The notes beneath the pieces are model-generated. The model saw only the letters and a list, made by a program, of their open reading frames with translations. It searched no databases and was not told the origin of the DNA. 64,000 nucleotides of DNA from Eledone cirrhosa (taxonomy: Eukaryota). Both the position numbers and the translations under genes were made by a program. Each line of letters begins with the position of its first letter. The stretch's first letter is position 1. This document shows positions 47,501 through 62,500 of the stretch, piece by piece. Location of the stretch: positions 10,974,001 to 11,038,000 of the forward strand of contig OZ024757.1 of NCBI GenBank assembly GCA_964016885.1, read 5' to 3'.

Positions 47501-50500
47501 AAAGGATGCAGTGTCTTGACAGATAACAAATGATGCAGGTAGTTTGTTCCATGGAGATTTTAAAGGATGCAGTGTCCCAACAGCTAACAACTGATGCAGG
47601 GAGTTTGTTCAATGGAGGTTTTAAAGGATGCAGTGTCCCGACAGCTAACAACTGATGCAGGTAGTTTGTTCCATGGAGGTTTTAAAGAATGCAGTGTCTC
47701 GACAGCTAACAACTGATGCAGGTAGTTTGTTCCATGGAGGTTTTAAAGGATGCAGTGTCCCGACAGCTAACAACTGATGCAGGTAGTTTGTTCCATGGAG
47801 GTTTTAAAGGATCCAGTGTCTCGACAGCTAAAAACTGATGCAGGTAGTTTGTTCCATGGAGGTTTTAAAAGATGCAGCATCTCAACAGCTAACTACTGAT
47901 GCAGGTAATTTGTTCCATGGAGGTTTTAAAGGATGCAGCGTCCCGACAGCTAACAACTGATGCAGGTAGTTTGTTCCATGTAGGTTTTTAAGGATGCAGT
48001 GTCTCGAGAGCTAACAACTGATGCAGGTAGTTTGTTCCATGGAGGTTTTAAAGGATGCAGTGTCTCGATAGCTAACAACTGATGCAGGTAGTTTGTTCCA
48101 TGGAGGTTTTAAAGGATGCAGTGTCTTGACAGCTAACAAATGATGCAGGTAGTTTGTTCCATTCAGTATTTAAAGGATGCAGTGTCCCAACAGCTAACAA
48201 CTGATGCAGGGAGTTTGTTCAATGGAGGTTTTAAAGGATGCAGTGTCCCGACAGCTAACAACTGATGCAGGTAGTTTGTTCCATGGAGGTTTTAAAGAAT
48301 GCAGTGTCTCGACAGCTAACAACTGATGCAGGTAGTTTGTTCCATGGAGGTTTTAAAGGATGCAGTGTCCCGACAGCTAACAACTGATGCAGGTAGTTTG
48401 TTCCATGGAGGTTTTAAAGAATGCAGTGTCTCGACAGCTAAAAACTGATGCAGGTAGTTTGTTCCATGGAGGTTTTAAAGGATGCAGTGTCCCGACAGCT
48501 AACAACTAATGCAGGTAGTGTGTTCCATGGAGGTTTTAAAGGATGCAGTGTCTCGACAGCTAACAACTGAACCAGGTAGTTTGTTCCATGGAGGTTTTAA
48601 GGGATACAGTGTCTCGACAGCTAACAACTGATGCAGGTAATTTGTTCCATGGAGGTTTTAAAGGATGCAGTGTCTCGAGAGCTAACAACTGATGCAGGTA
48701 GTTTGTTCCATGGAGGTTTTAAAGGATGCAGTGTCTCGACAGCTAACAACTGATGCAGGTAGTTTGTTCCATGGAGACTTTAAAGGATGCAGTGTCTCGA
48801 GAGCTAACAACTGATGCAGGTAGTTTGTTCCATGGAGGTTTTAAAGGATGCAGTGTCTTGACAGCTAACAACTGATGCAGGTAGTTTGTTCCATGGAGGT
48901 TTTAAAGGATGCAGTGTCTTGACAGCTAACAAATGATGCAGGTAGTTTGTTCCATGGAGATTTTAAAGGATGCAGTGTCCCAACAGCTAACAACTGATGC
49001 AGGGAGTTTCTTCCATGGAGGTTTTAAAGGATGCAGTGTCCCGACAGCTAACAACTAATGCAGGTAGTTTGTTCCATGGAGGTTTTAAAGGATCCAGTGT
49101 CTCGACAGCTAAAAACTGATGCAGGTAGTTTGTTCCATGGAGGTTTTAAAAGATGCAGCATCTCAACAGCTAACTACTGATGCAGGTAATTTGTTCCATG
49201 GAGGTTTTAAGGGATGCAGCGTCCCGACAGCTAACAACTGATGCAGGTAGTTTGTTCCATGGATGTTTTAAAGGATGCAGTGTCTTGACAGCTAACAAAT
49301 GATGCAGGTAGTTTGTTCCATGGAGATTTTAAAGGATGCAGTGTCCCGACAGCTAACAACTGATGCAGGTAGTTTGTTCCATGGAGGTTTTAAAGGATGC
49401 AGTGTCCCGACAGCTAACAACTGATGCAGGTAGTTTGTTCCATGGAGGTTTTAAAGAATGCAGTGTCTCGACATCTAACAACTGATGCAGGTAGTTTGTT
49501 CCATGGAGGTTTTAAAGGATGCAGTGTCCCGACAGCTAACAACTGATGCAGGTAGTTTGTTCCATGGAGGTTTTAAAGGATCCAGTGTCTCGACAGCTAA
49601 AAACTGATGCAGGTAGTTTGTTCCATGGAGGTTTTAAAAGATGCAGCATCTCAACAGCTAACTACTGATGCAGGTAATTTGTTCCATGGAGGTTTTAAAG
49701 GATGCAGCGTCCCGACAGCTAACAACTGATGCAGGTAGTTTGTTCCATGGAGGTTTTAAAGGATCCAGTGTCTCGACAGCTAAAAACTGATGCAGGTAGT
49801 TTGTTCCATGGAGATTTTAAAAGATGCAGCATCTCAACAGCTAACTACTGATGCAGGTAATTTGTTCCATGGAGGTTTTAAAGGATGCAGTGTCTCGACA
49901 GCTAACAACTGAAGCAGGTAGTTTGTTCCATGGAGGTTTTAAAGGATGCAGTGTTCCGACAGCTAACAACTGATGCAGGTAGTTTGTTCCATGGAGGTTT
50001 TAAAGGATGCAGTGTCTCGACAGCTAACAACTGATGCAGGTAGTTTGTTCCATGGAGGTTTTAAAGGATGCAGTGTCCCGACAGCTAACAACTGATGCAG
50101 GTAGTTTATTCCATGGAGGTTTTAAAGGATCCAGTGTCTCGACAGCTAAAAACTGATGCAGGTAGTTTGTTCCATGGAGGTTTTAAAAGATGCAGCATCT
50201 CAACAGCTAACTACTGATGCAGGTAATTTGTTCCATGGAGGTTTTAAAGGATGCAGCGTCCCGACAGCTAACAACTGATGCAGGTAGTTTGTTCCATGGA
50301 TGTTTTAAAGGATGCAGTGTCTCGACAGCTAACAACTGATGCAGGTAGTTTGTTCCATGGAGGTTTTAAAGGATGCAGTGTCCCGACAGCTAACAACTGA
50401 TGCAGGGAGTTTGTTCCATGGAGGTTTTAAAGGATGCAGTGTCCCGACAGCTAACAACTGATGCAGGTAATTTGTTCCATGGAGCTTTTAAAGGATTCAG

Positions 50501-53500
50501 TGTCTCGACAGTTAACAACTGATGCAGGTAGTTTGTTCCATGGGTGTTTTAATGGATGCAGTGTCCCGACAGCTAACAACTGATGCAGGTAGTTTGTTCC
50601 ATGGAGGTTTTAAGGGATCCAGTGTCTCGACAGCTAAAAACTGATGCAGGTAGTTTGTTCCATGGAGGTGTTAAAAGATGCAGCATCTCAACAGCTAACT
50701 ACTGATGCAGGTAGTTTGTTCCATGGAGGTTTTAAAGGATGCAGTGTCTTGACAGCTAACAAATGATGCAGGTGGTTTGTTCCTTGGAGATTTTAAAGGA
50801 TGCAGTGTCCCAACATCTAACAACTGATGCAGGGAGTTTGTTCCATGGAGGTTTTAAAGGATGCAGTGTCCCGACAGCTAACAACTGATGCAGGGAGTTT
50901 GTTCCATGGAGGTTTTAAAGGATGCAGTGTCCCGACAGCTAACAACTGATGCAGGTAGTTTGTTCCATGGAGGTTTTAAAGGATGCAGTGTCTCGACAGC
51001 TAACAACTGATGCAGGTAGTTTGTCCCATGGAGGTTTTAAAGGATGCAGTGTCCCGACAGCTAACAACTGATGCAGTTAGTTTGTTCCATGGAGGGTTTA
51101 AAGGATCCAGTGTCTCGACAGCTAAAAGCTGATGCAGGTAGTTTGTTCCATGGAGGTTTTAAAAGATGCAGCATCTCAACAGCTAACTACTGATGCAGGT
51201 AATTTGTTCCATGGAGGTTTTAAAGGATGCAGCGTCCCGACAGCTAACAACTGATGCAGGTAGTTTGTTCCATGGAGGTTTTAAAGGATGCAGTGTCCCG
51301 ACAGCTAACAACTGATGCAGGGAGTTTGTTCCATGGAGGTTTTAAAGGATGCAGTGTCCCGACAGCTAACAACTGATGGAGGGAGTTTGTTCCATGGAGG
51401 TTTTAAAGGATGCAGTGTCCCGACAGCTAACAACTGATGCAGGTAGTTTGTTCCATGGAGGTTTTAAAGGATGCAGTGTCTCGACAGCTAACAACTGATG
51501 CAGGTAGTTTGTTCCATGGAGGTTTTAAAGGATGCAGTGTCCCGACAGCTAACAACCGATGCAGGTAGTTTGTTCCATGGAGGTTTTAAAGGATCCAGTG
51601 TCTCGACAGCTAAAAACTGATGCAGGTAGTTTGTTCCATGGAGGTTTTAAAGGATGCAGTGTCTTGACAGCTAACAAATGATGCAGGTAGTTTGTTCCAT
51701 GGAGGTTTTAAAGGATGCAGTGTCTCGACAGCTAACAACTGATGCAGGTAGTTTGTTCCATGGAGGTTTTAAAGGATGCAGTGTTTCGACAGCTAACAAC
51801 TGATGCTGGTAGGGTAGTTTGTTCCATGGAGGTTTTAAAGGATGTAGTGTCTCGACAGCTAAAAACTGATGCAGGTAGGCTTGTTCTGTTCCATGGAGGT
51901 TTTAAAGGATGCAGTGTCTCGACACCTAACAAATGAATCAGGTAGTTTGTTCCATGGAGGTTTTAAGGGATACAGTGTCTCGACAGCTAACAACTGATGC
52001 AGGTAATTTGTTCCATGGAGGTTTTATAGGATGCAGTGTCTCGAGAGCTAACAACTGATGCAGGTAGTTTGTTCCATGGAGGTTTTAAAGGATGCAGTGT
52101 CTCGATAGCTAACAACTGATGCAGGTAGTTTGTTCCATGGAGGTTTTAAAGGATGCAGTGTCTTGACAGCTAACAAATGATGCAGGTAGTTTGTTCCATG
52201 GAGATTTTAAAGGATGCAGTGTCCCAACAGCTAACAACTGATGCAGGGAGTTTGTTCAATGGAGGTTTTAAAGGATGCAGTGTCCCAACAGCTAACAACT
52301 GATGCAGGTAGTTTGTTCCATGGAGGTTTTAAAGAATGCAGTGTCTCGACAGCTAACAACTGATGCAGGTAGTTTGTTCCATGGAGGTTTTAAAGGATGC
52401 AGTGTCCCGACAGCTAACAACTGATGCAGGTAGTTTGTTCCATGGAGGTTTTAAAGGATCCAGTGTCTCGACAGCTAAAAACTGATGCAGGTAGTTTGTT
52501 CCATGGAGGTTTTAAAAGATGCAGCATCTCAACAGCTAACTACTGATGCAGGTAATTTGTTCCATGGAGGTTTTAAAGGATGCAGCGTCCCGACAGCTAA
52601 CAACTGATGCAGGTAGTTTGTTCCATGGAGCTTTTAAAGGATGCAGTGTCTCGACAGCTAACAACTGAAGCAGGTAGTTTGTTCCATGGAGGTTCTAAAG
52701 GATGTAGTGTTCCGACAGCTAACAACTGATGCAGGTAGTTTGTTCCATGGAGGTTTTAAAGGATGCAGTGTCCCGACAGCTAACAACTGATGCGGGTAGT
52801 TTGTTCCATGGAGGTTTTACAGGATCCAGTGTCTCGACAGCTAAAAACTGATGCAGGTAGTTTGTTCCATGGAGGTTTTAAAACATGCAGCATCTCAACA
52901 GCTAACTACTGATGCAGGTAATTTGTTCCATGGAGGTTTTAAAGGATGCAGCGTCCCGACAGCTAACAACTGATGCAGGTAGTTTGTTCCATGGAGGTTT
53001 TAAAGGATGCAGTGTCCCGACAGCTAACAACTGATGCAGGGAGTTTGTTCCATGGAGGTTTTAAAGGATGCAGTGTCCCGACAGCTAACAACTGATGCAG
53101 GTAATTTGTTCCATGGAGCTTTTAAAGGATGCAGTGTCTCGACAGCTAACAACTGATGCAGGTAGTTTGTTCCATGGGTGTTTTAATGGATGCAGTGTCC
53201 CGACAGCTAACAACTGATGCAGGTAGTTTGTTCCATGAAGGTTTTAAGGGATCCAGTGTCTCGACAGCTAAAAACTGATGCAGGTAGTTTGTTCCATGGA
53301 GGTTTTAAAAGATGCAGCATCTCAACAGCTAACTCCTGATGCAGGTAGTTTGTTCCATGGAGGTTTTAAAGGATGCAGTGTCTTGACAGCTAACAAATGA
53401 TGCAGGTGGTTTGTTCCTTGGAGATTTTAAAGGATGCAGTGTCCCAACAGCTAACAACTGATGCAGGGAGTTTGTTCCATGGAGGTTTTAAAGGATGCAG

Positions 53501-56500
53501 TGTCCCAACAGCTAACAACTGATGCAGGTAGTTTGTTCCATGGAGGTTTTAAAGAATGCAGTGTCTCGACAGCTAACAACTGATGCAGGTAGTTTGTTCC
53601 ATGGAGGTTTTAAAGGATGCAGTGTCCCGACAGCTAACAACTGATGCAGGTAGTTTGTTCCATGGAGGTTTTAAAGGATCCAGTGTCTCGACAGCTAAAA
53701 ACTGATGCAGGTAGTTTGTTCCATGGAGGTTTTAAAAGATGCAGCATCTCAACAGCTAACTACTGATGCAGGTAATTTGTTCCATGGAGGTTTTAAAGGA
53801 TGCAGCGTCCCGACAGCTAACAACTGATGCAGGTAGTTTGTTCCATGGTGCTTTTAAAGGATGCAGTGTCTCGACAGCTAACAACTGAAGCAGGTAGTTT
53901 GTTCCATGGAGGTTTTAAAGGATGCAGTGTTCCGACAGCTAACAACTGATGCAGGTAGTTTGTTCCATGGAGGTTTTAAAGGATGCAGTGTCCCGACAGC
54001 TAACAACTGATGCGGGTAGTTTGTTCCATGGAGGTTTTAAAGGATCCAGTGTCTCGACAGCTAAAAACTGATGCAGGTAGTTTGTTCCATGGAGGTTTTA
54101 AAAGATGCAGCATCTCAACAGCTAACTACTGATGCAGGTAATTTGTTCCATGGAGGTTTTAAAGGATGCAGCGTCCCGACAGCTAACAACTGATGCAGGT
54201 AGTTTGTTCCATGGAGGTTTTAAAGGATGCAGTGTCCCGACAGCTAACAACTGATGCAGGGAGTTTGTTCCATGGAGGTTTTAAAGGATGCAGTGTCCCG
54301 ACAGCTAACAACTGATGCAGGTAATTTGTTCCATGGAGCTTTTAAAGGATGTAGTGTCTCGACAGCTAACAACTGATGCAGGTAGTTTGTTCCATGGGTG
54401 TTTTAATGGATGCAGTGTCCCGACAGCTAACAACTGATGCAGGTAGTTTGTTCCATGGAGGTTTTAAGGGATCCAGTGTCTCGACAGCTAAAAACTGATG
54501 CAGGTAGTTTGTTCCATGGAGGTTTTAAAAGATGCAGCATCTCAACAGCTAACTCCTGATGCAGGTAGTTTGTTCCATGGAGGTTTTAAAGGATGCAGTG
54601 TCTTGACAGATAACAAATGATGCAGGTGGTTTGTTCCTTGGAGATTTTAAAGGATGCAGTGTCCCAACAGCTTACAACTGATGCAGGGAGTTTGTTCCAT
54701 GGAGGTTTTAAAGGATGCATTGTCCCGACAGCTAACAACTGATGCAGGGAGTTTGTTCCATGGAGGTTTTAAAGGATGCAGTGTCTCGACAGCTAACAAC
54801 TGATGCAGGTAGTTTGTTCCATGGAGGTTTTAAAGGATGCAGTGTCCCGACAGCTAACAACTGATGCAGTTAGTTTGTTCCATGGAGGGTTTAAAGGATC
54901 CAGTGTCTCGACAGCTAAAAGCTGATGCAGGGAGTTTGTTCCATGGAGGTTTTAAAGGATGCAGTGTCCCGACAGCTAACAACTGATGGAGGGAGTTTGT
55001 TCCATGGAGGTTTTAAAGGATGCAGTGTCCCGACAGCTAACAACTGATGCAGGTAGTTTGTTCCATGGAGGTTTTAAAGGATGCAGTGTCTCGACAGCTA
55101 ACAACTGATGCAGGTAGTTTGTTCCATGGAGGTTTTAAAGGATGCAGTGTCCCGACAGCTAACAACCGATGCAGGTAGTTTGTTCCATGGAGGTTTTAAA
55201 GGATCCAGTGTCTCGACAGCTAAAAACTGATGCAGGTAGTTTGTTCCATGGAGGTTTTAAAAGATGCAGCCTCTCAACAGCTAACTACTGATGCAGGTAA
55301 TTTGTTCCATGGAGGTTTTAAAGGATGCAGCGTCCTGACAGCTAACAACTGATGCAGGTAGTTTGTTCCATGGAGGTTTTAAAGGATGCAGTGTCCCGAC
55401 AGCTAACAACTAATGCAGGGAGTTTGTTCCATGGAGGTTTTAAAGGATGCAGTGTCCCGACAGCTAACAACTGATGGAGGGAGTTTGTTCCATGGAGGTT
55501 TTAAAGGATGCAGTGTCCCGACAGCTAACAACTGATGCAGGTAGTTTGTTCCATGGAGGTTTTAAAGGATGCAGTGTCTTGACAGATAACAAATGATGCA
55601 GGTAGTTTGTTCCATGGAGATTTTAAAGGATGCAGTGTCCCAACAGCTAACAACTGATGCAGGGAGTTTGTTCAATGGAGGTTTTAAAGGATGCAGTGTC
55701 CCGACAGCTAACAACTGATGCAGGTAGTTTGTTCCATGGAGGTTTTAAAGAATGCAGTGTCTCGACAGCTAACAACTGATGCAGGTAGTTTGTTCCATGG
55801 AGGTTTTAAAGGATGCAGTGTCCCGACAGCTAACAACTGATGCAGGTAGTTTGTTCCATGGAGGTTTTAAAGGATCCAGTGTCTCGACAGCTAAAAACTG
55901 ATGCAGGTAGTTTGTTCCATGGAGGTTTTAAAAGATGCAGCATCTCAACAGCTAACTACTGATGCAGGTAATTTGTTCCATGGAGGTTTTAAAGGATGCA
56001 GCGTCCCGACAGCTAACAACTGATGCAGGTAGTTTGTTCCATGGATGTTTTAAAGGATGCAGTGTCTTGACAGCTAACAACTGATGCAGGTAGTTTGTTC
56101 CATGGAGGTTTTAAAGGATGCAGTGTCTTGACAGCTAACAACTGATGCAGGGAGTTTGTTACATGGAGGTTTTAAAGGATGCAGTGTCCCGACAGCTAAC
56201 AACTGATGCAGGTAGTTTGTTCCTTGGAGGTTTTAAAGGATGCAGTGTCTCGACAGCTAACAACTGATGCAGGTAGTTTGTTCCATGGAGGTTTTAAAGG
56301 ATGCAGTGTCTCGACAGCTAACAACTGATGCTGGTAGGGTAGTTTGTTCCATGGAGGTTTTAAAGGATGTAGTGTCTCGACAGCTAAAAACTGATGCAGG
56401 TAGGCTTGTTCTGTTCCATGGAGGTTTTAAAGGATGCAGTGTCTCGACAGCTAACAACTGATGCAGGTAGTTTGTTCCATGGAGATTTTAAAGGATGCAG

Positions 56501-59500
56501 TGTCTCGAGAGCTAACAACTGATGCAGGTAGTTTGTTCCATGGAGGTTTTAAAGGATGCAGTGTCTTGACAGCTAACAACTGATGCAGGTAGTTTGTTCC
56601 ATGGAGGTTTTAAAGGATGCAGTGTCTTGACAGCTAACAAATGATGCAGGTAGTTTGTTCCATGGAGATTTTAAAGGATGCAGTGTCCCAAAAGCTAACA
56701 ACTGATGCAGGGAGTTTGTTCCATGGAGGTTATAAAGGATGCAGTGTCCCGACAGCTAACAACTGATGCAGGTAGTTTGTTCCATGGAGGTTATAAAGGA
56801 TGCAGTGTCTCGACAGCTAACAACTGATGCAGGTAGTTTGTTCCATGGAGGTTTTAAAGGATGCAGTGTCCCGACAGCTAACAACCGATGCAGGTAGTTT
56901 GTTCCATGGAGGTTTTAAAGGATCCAGTGTCTCGACAGCTAAAAACTGATGCAGGTAGTTTGTTCCATGGAGGTTTTAAAAGATGCAGCCTCTCAACAGC
57001 TAACTACTGATGCAGGTAATTTGTTCCATGGAGGTTTTAAAGGATGCAGCGTCCTGACAGCTAACAACTGATGCAGGTAGTTTGTTCCATGGAGGTTTTA
57101 AAGGATGCAGTGTCCCGACAGCTAACAACTAATGCAGGGAGTTTGTTCCATGGAGGTTTTAAAGGATGCAGTGTCCCGACAGCTAACAACTGATGGAGGG
57201 AGTTTGTTCCATGGAGGTTTTAAAGGATGCAGTGTCCCGACAGCTAACAACTGATGCAGGTAGTTTGTTCCATGGAGGTTTTAAAGGATGCAGTGTCTTG
57301 ACAGATAACAAATGATGCAGGTAGTTTGTTCCATGGAGATTTTAAAGGATGCAGTGTCCCAACAGCTAACAACTGATGCAGGGAGTTTGTTCAATGGAGG
57401 TTTTAAAGGATGCAGTGTCCCGACAGCTAACAACTGATGCAGGTAGTTTGTTCCATGGAGGTTTTAAAGAATGCAGTGTCTCGACAGCTAACAACTGATG
57501 CAGGTAGTTTGTTCCATGGAGGTTTTAAAGGATGCAGTGTCCCGACAGCTAACAACTGATGCAGGTAGTTTGTTCCATGGAGGTTTTAAAGGATCCAGTG
57601 TCTCGACAGCTAAAAACTGATGCAGGTAGTTTGTTCCATGGAGGTTTTAAAAGATGCAGCATCTCAACAGCTAACTACTGATGCAGGTAATTTGTTCCAT
57701 GGAGGTTTTAAAGGATGCAGCGTCCCGACAGCTAACAACTGATGCAGGTAGTTTGTTCCATGGATGTTTTAAAGGATGCAGTGTCTTGACAGCTAACAAC
57801 TGATGCAGGTAGTTTGTTCCATGGAGGTTTTAAAGGATGCAGTGTCTTGACAGCTAACAACTGATGCAGGGAGTTTGTTACATGGAGGTTTTAAAGGATG
57901 CAGTGTCCCGACAGCTAACAACTGATGCAGGTAGTTTGTTCCTTGGAGGTTTTAAAGGATGCAGTGTCTCGACAGCTAACAACTGATGCAGGTAGTTTGT
58001 TCCATGGAGGTTTTAAAGGATGCAGTGTCTCGACAGCTAACAACTGATGCTGGTAGGGTAGTTTGTTCCATGGAGGTTTTAAAGGATGTAGTGTCTCGAC
58101 AGCTAAAAACTGATGCAGGTAGGCTTGTTCTGTTCCATGGAGGTTTTAAAGGATGCAGTGTCTCGACAGCTAACAACTGATGCAGGTAGTTTGTTCCATG
58201 GAGATTTTAAAGGATGCAGTGTCTCGAGAGCTAACAACTGATGCAGGTAGTTTGTTCCATGGAGGTTTTAAAGGATGCAGTGTCTTGACAGCTAACAACT
58301 GATGCAGGTAGTTTGTTCCATGGAGGTTTTAAAGGATGCAGTGTCTTGACAGCTAACAAATGATGCAGGTAGTTTGTTCCATGGAGATTTTAAAGGATGC
58401 AGTGTCCCAAAAGCTAACAACTGATGCAGGGAGTTTGTTCCATGGAGGTTATAAAGGATGCAGTGTCCCGACAGCTAACAACTGATGCAGGTAGTTTGTT
58501 CCATGGAGGTTATAAAGGATGCAGTGTCTCGACAGCTAACAACTGATGCAGGTAATTTGTCCCATGGAGGTTTTAAAGGATGCAGTGTCCCGACAGCTAA
58601 CAACTGATGCAGGTAGTTTGTTCCATGGAGGTTTTAAAGGATGCAGCATCTCAACAGCTAACTACTGATGCAGGTAATTTGTTCCATGGAGGTTTTAAAG
58701 GATGCAGCGTCCCGACAGCTAACAACTGATGCAGGTAGTTTGTTCCATGGAGGTTTTAAAGGATGCAGTGTCTCGACAGCTAACAACTGATGCAGGTAGT
58801 TTGTTCCATGGAGGTTTTAAAGGATGCAGTGTCCCGACAGCTAACAACTGATGCAGTTAGTTTGTTCCATGGAGGGTTTAAAGGATCCAGTGTCTCGACA
58901 GCTAAAAGCTGATGCAGGGAGTTTGTTCCATGGAGGTTTTAAAGGATGCAGTGTCCCGACAGCTAACAACTGTTGGAGGGAGTTTGTTCCATGGAGGTTT
59001 TAAAGGATGCAGTGTCCCGACAGCTAACAACTGATGCAGGTAGTTTGTTCCATGGAGGTTTTAAAGGATGCAGTGTCTCGACAGCTAACAACTGATGCAG
59101 GTAGTTTGTTCGATGGAGGTTTTAAAGGATGCAGTGTCCCGACAGCTAACAACCGATGCAGGTAGTTTGTTCCATGGAGGTTTTAAAGGATCCAGTGTCT
59201 CGACAGCTAAAAACTGATGCAGGTAGTTTGTTCCATGGAGGTTTTAAAAGATGCAGCCTCTCAACAGCTAACTACTGATGCAGGTAATTTGTTCCATGGA
59301 GGTTTTAAAGGATGCAGCGTCCTGACAGCTAACAACTGATGCAGGTAGTTTGTTCCATGGAGGTTTTAAAGGATGCAGTGTCCCGACAGCTAACAACTAA
59401 TGCAGGGAGTTTGTTCCATGGAGGTTTTAAAGGATGCAGTGTCCCGACAGCTAACAACTGATGGAGGGAGTTTGTTCCATGGAGGTTTTAAAGGATGCAG

Positions 59501-62500
59501 TGTCCCGACAGCTAACAACTGATGCAGGTAGTTTGTTCCATGGAGGTTTTAAAAGATGCAGCATCTCAACAGCTAACTACTGATGCAGGTAATTTGTTCC
59601 ATGGAGGTTTTAAAGGATGCAGTGTCTCGATAGCTAACAACTGATGCAGGTAGTTTGTTCCATGGAGGTTTTAAAGGATGCAGTGTCTTGACAGCTAACA
59701 AATGATGCAGGTAGTTTGTTCCATGGAGATTTTAAAGGATGCAGTGTCCCAACAGCTAACAACTGATGCAGGGAGTTTGTTCAATGGAGGTTTTAAAGGA
59801 TGCAGTGTCCCAACAGCTAACAACTGATGCAGGTAGTTTGTTCCATGGAGGTTTTAAAGAATGCAGTGTCTCGACAGCTAACAACTGATGCAGGTAGTTT
59901 GTTCCATGGAGGTTTTAAAGGATGCAGTGTCCCGACAGCTAACAACTGATGCAGGTAGTTTGTTCCATGGAGGTTTTAAAGGATCCAGTGTCTCGACAGC
60001 TAAAAACTGATGCAGGTAGTTTGTTCCATGGAGGTTTTAAAACATGCAGCATCTCAACAGCTAACTACTGATGCAGGTAATTTGTTCCATGGAGGTTTTA
60101 AAGGATGCAGCATCCCGACAGCTAACAACTGATGCAGGTAGTTTGTTCCATGGAGCTTTTAAAGGATGCAGTGTCTCGACAGCTAACAACTGAAGCAGGT
60201 AGTTTGTTCCATGGAGGTTTTAAAGGATGCAGTGTTCCGACAGCTAACAACTGATGCAGGTAGTTTGTTCCATGGAGGTTTTAAAGGATGCAGTGTCCCG
60301 ACAGCTAACAACTGATGCGGGTAGTTTGTTCCATGGAGGTTTTACAGGATCCAGTGTCTCGACAGCTGAAAACTGATGCAGGTAGTTTGTTCCATGGAGG
60401 TTTTAAAACATGCAGCATCTCAACAGCTAACTACTGATGCAGGTAATTTGTTCCATGGAGGTTTTAAAGGATGCAGCGTCCCGACAGCTAACAACTGATG
60501 CAGATAGTTTGTTCCATGGATGTTTTAAAGGATGCAGTGTCTTGACAGCTAACAACTGATGCATGTAGTTTGTTCCATGGAGGTTTTAAAGGATGCAGTG
60601 TCTTGACAGCTAACAACTGATGCAGGGAGTTTGTTCCATGGAGGTTTTAAAGGATGCAGTGTCCCGACAGCTAACAACTGATGCAGGTAGTTTGTTCCAT
60701 GGAGGTTTTAAAGGATGCAGTGTCTCGACAGCTAACAACTGATGCAGGTAGTTTGTTCCATGGAGGTTTTAAAGGATGCAGTGTCTCGACAGCTAACAAC
60801 TGATGCTGGTAGGGTAGTTTGTTCCATGGAGGTTTTAAAGGATGTAGTGTCTCGACAGCTAAAAACTGATGCAGGTAGGCTTGTTCTGTTCCATGGAGGT
60901 TTTAAAGGATGCAGTGTCTCGACAGCTAACAACTGATGCAGGTAGTTTGTTCCATGGAGATTTTAAAGGATGCAGTGTCTCGAGAGCTAACAACTGATGC
61001 AGGTAGTTTGTTCCATGGAGGTTTTAAAGGATGCAGTGTCTTGACAGCTAACAACTGATGCAGGTAGTTTGTTCCATGGAGGTTTTAAAGGATGCAGTGT
61101 CTTGACAGCTAACAAATGATGCAGGTAGTTTGTTCCATGGAGATTTTAAAGGATGCAGTGTCCCAAAAGCTAACAACTGATGCAGGGAGTTTGTTCCATG
61201 GAGGTTTTAAGGGATCCAGTGTCTCGACAGCTAAAAACTGATGCAGGTAGTTTGTTCCATGGAGGTTTTAAAAGATGCAGCATCTTAACAGCTAACTCCT
61301 GATGCAGGTAGTTTGTTCCATGGAGGTTTTAAAGGATGCAGTGTCTTGACAGATAACAAATGATGCAGGTGGTTTGTTCCTTGGAGATTTTAAAGGATGC
61401 AGTGTCCCAACAGCTTACAACTGATGCAGGGAGTTTGTTCCATGGAGGTTTTAAAGGATGCAGTGTCCCGACAGCTAACAACTGATGCAGGGAGTTTGTT
61501 CCATGGAGGTTTTAAAGGATGCAGTGTCCCGACAGCTAACAACTGATGCAGGTAGTTTGTTCCATGGAGGTTTTAAAGGATGCAGTGTCTCGACAGCTAA
61601 CAACTGATGCAGGTAGTTTGTTCCATGGAGGTTTTAAAGGATGCAGTGTCCCGACAGCTAACAACTGATGCAGTTAGTTTGTTCCATGGAGGGTTTAAAG
61701 GATCCAGTGTCTCGACAGCTAAAAGCTGATGCAGGGAGTTTGTTCCATGGAGGTTTTAAAGGATGCAGTGTCCCGACAGCTAAAAACTGATGCAGGTAGT
61801 TTGTTCCATGGAGGTTTTAAAAGATGCAGCCTCTCAACAGCTAACTACTGATGCAGGTAATTTGTTCCATGGAGGTTTTAAAGGATGCAGCGTCCTGACA
61901 GCTAACAACTGATGCAGGTAGTTTGTTCCATGGAGGTTTTAAAGGATGCAGTGTCCCGACAGCTAACAACTAATGCAGGGAGTTTGTTCCATGGAGGTTT
62001 TAAAGGATGCAGTGTCCCGACAGCTAACAACTGATGGAGGGAGTTTGTTCCATGGAGGTTTTAAAGGATGCAGTGTCCCGACAGCTAACAACTGATGCAG
62101 GTAGTTTGTTCCATGGAGGTTTTAAAGGATGCAGTGTCTCGACAGCTAACAACTGATGCAGGTAGTTTGTTCCATGGAGGTTTTAAAGGATGCAGTGTCC
62201 CGACAGCTAACAACTGATGCAGGTAGTTTGTTCCATGGAGGTTTTAAAGGATCCAGTGTCTCGACAGCTAAAAACTGATGCAGGTAGTTTGTTCCATGGA
62301 GGTTTTAAAAGATGCAGCATCTCAACAGCTAACTACTGATGCAGGTAATTTGTTCCATGGAGGTTTTAAAGGATGCAGCGTCCCGACAGCTAAAAACTGA
62401 TGCAGGTAGTTTGTTCCATGGATGTTTTAAAGGATGCAGTGTCTTGACAGCTAACAACTGATGCAGGTAGTTTGTTCCATGGAGGTTTTAAAGGATGCAG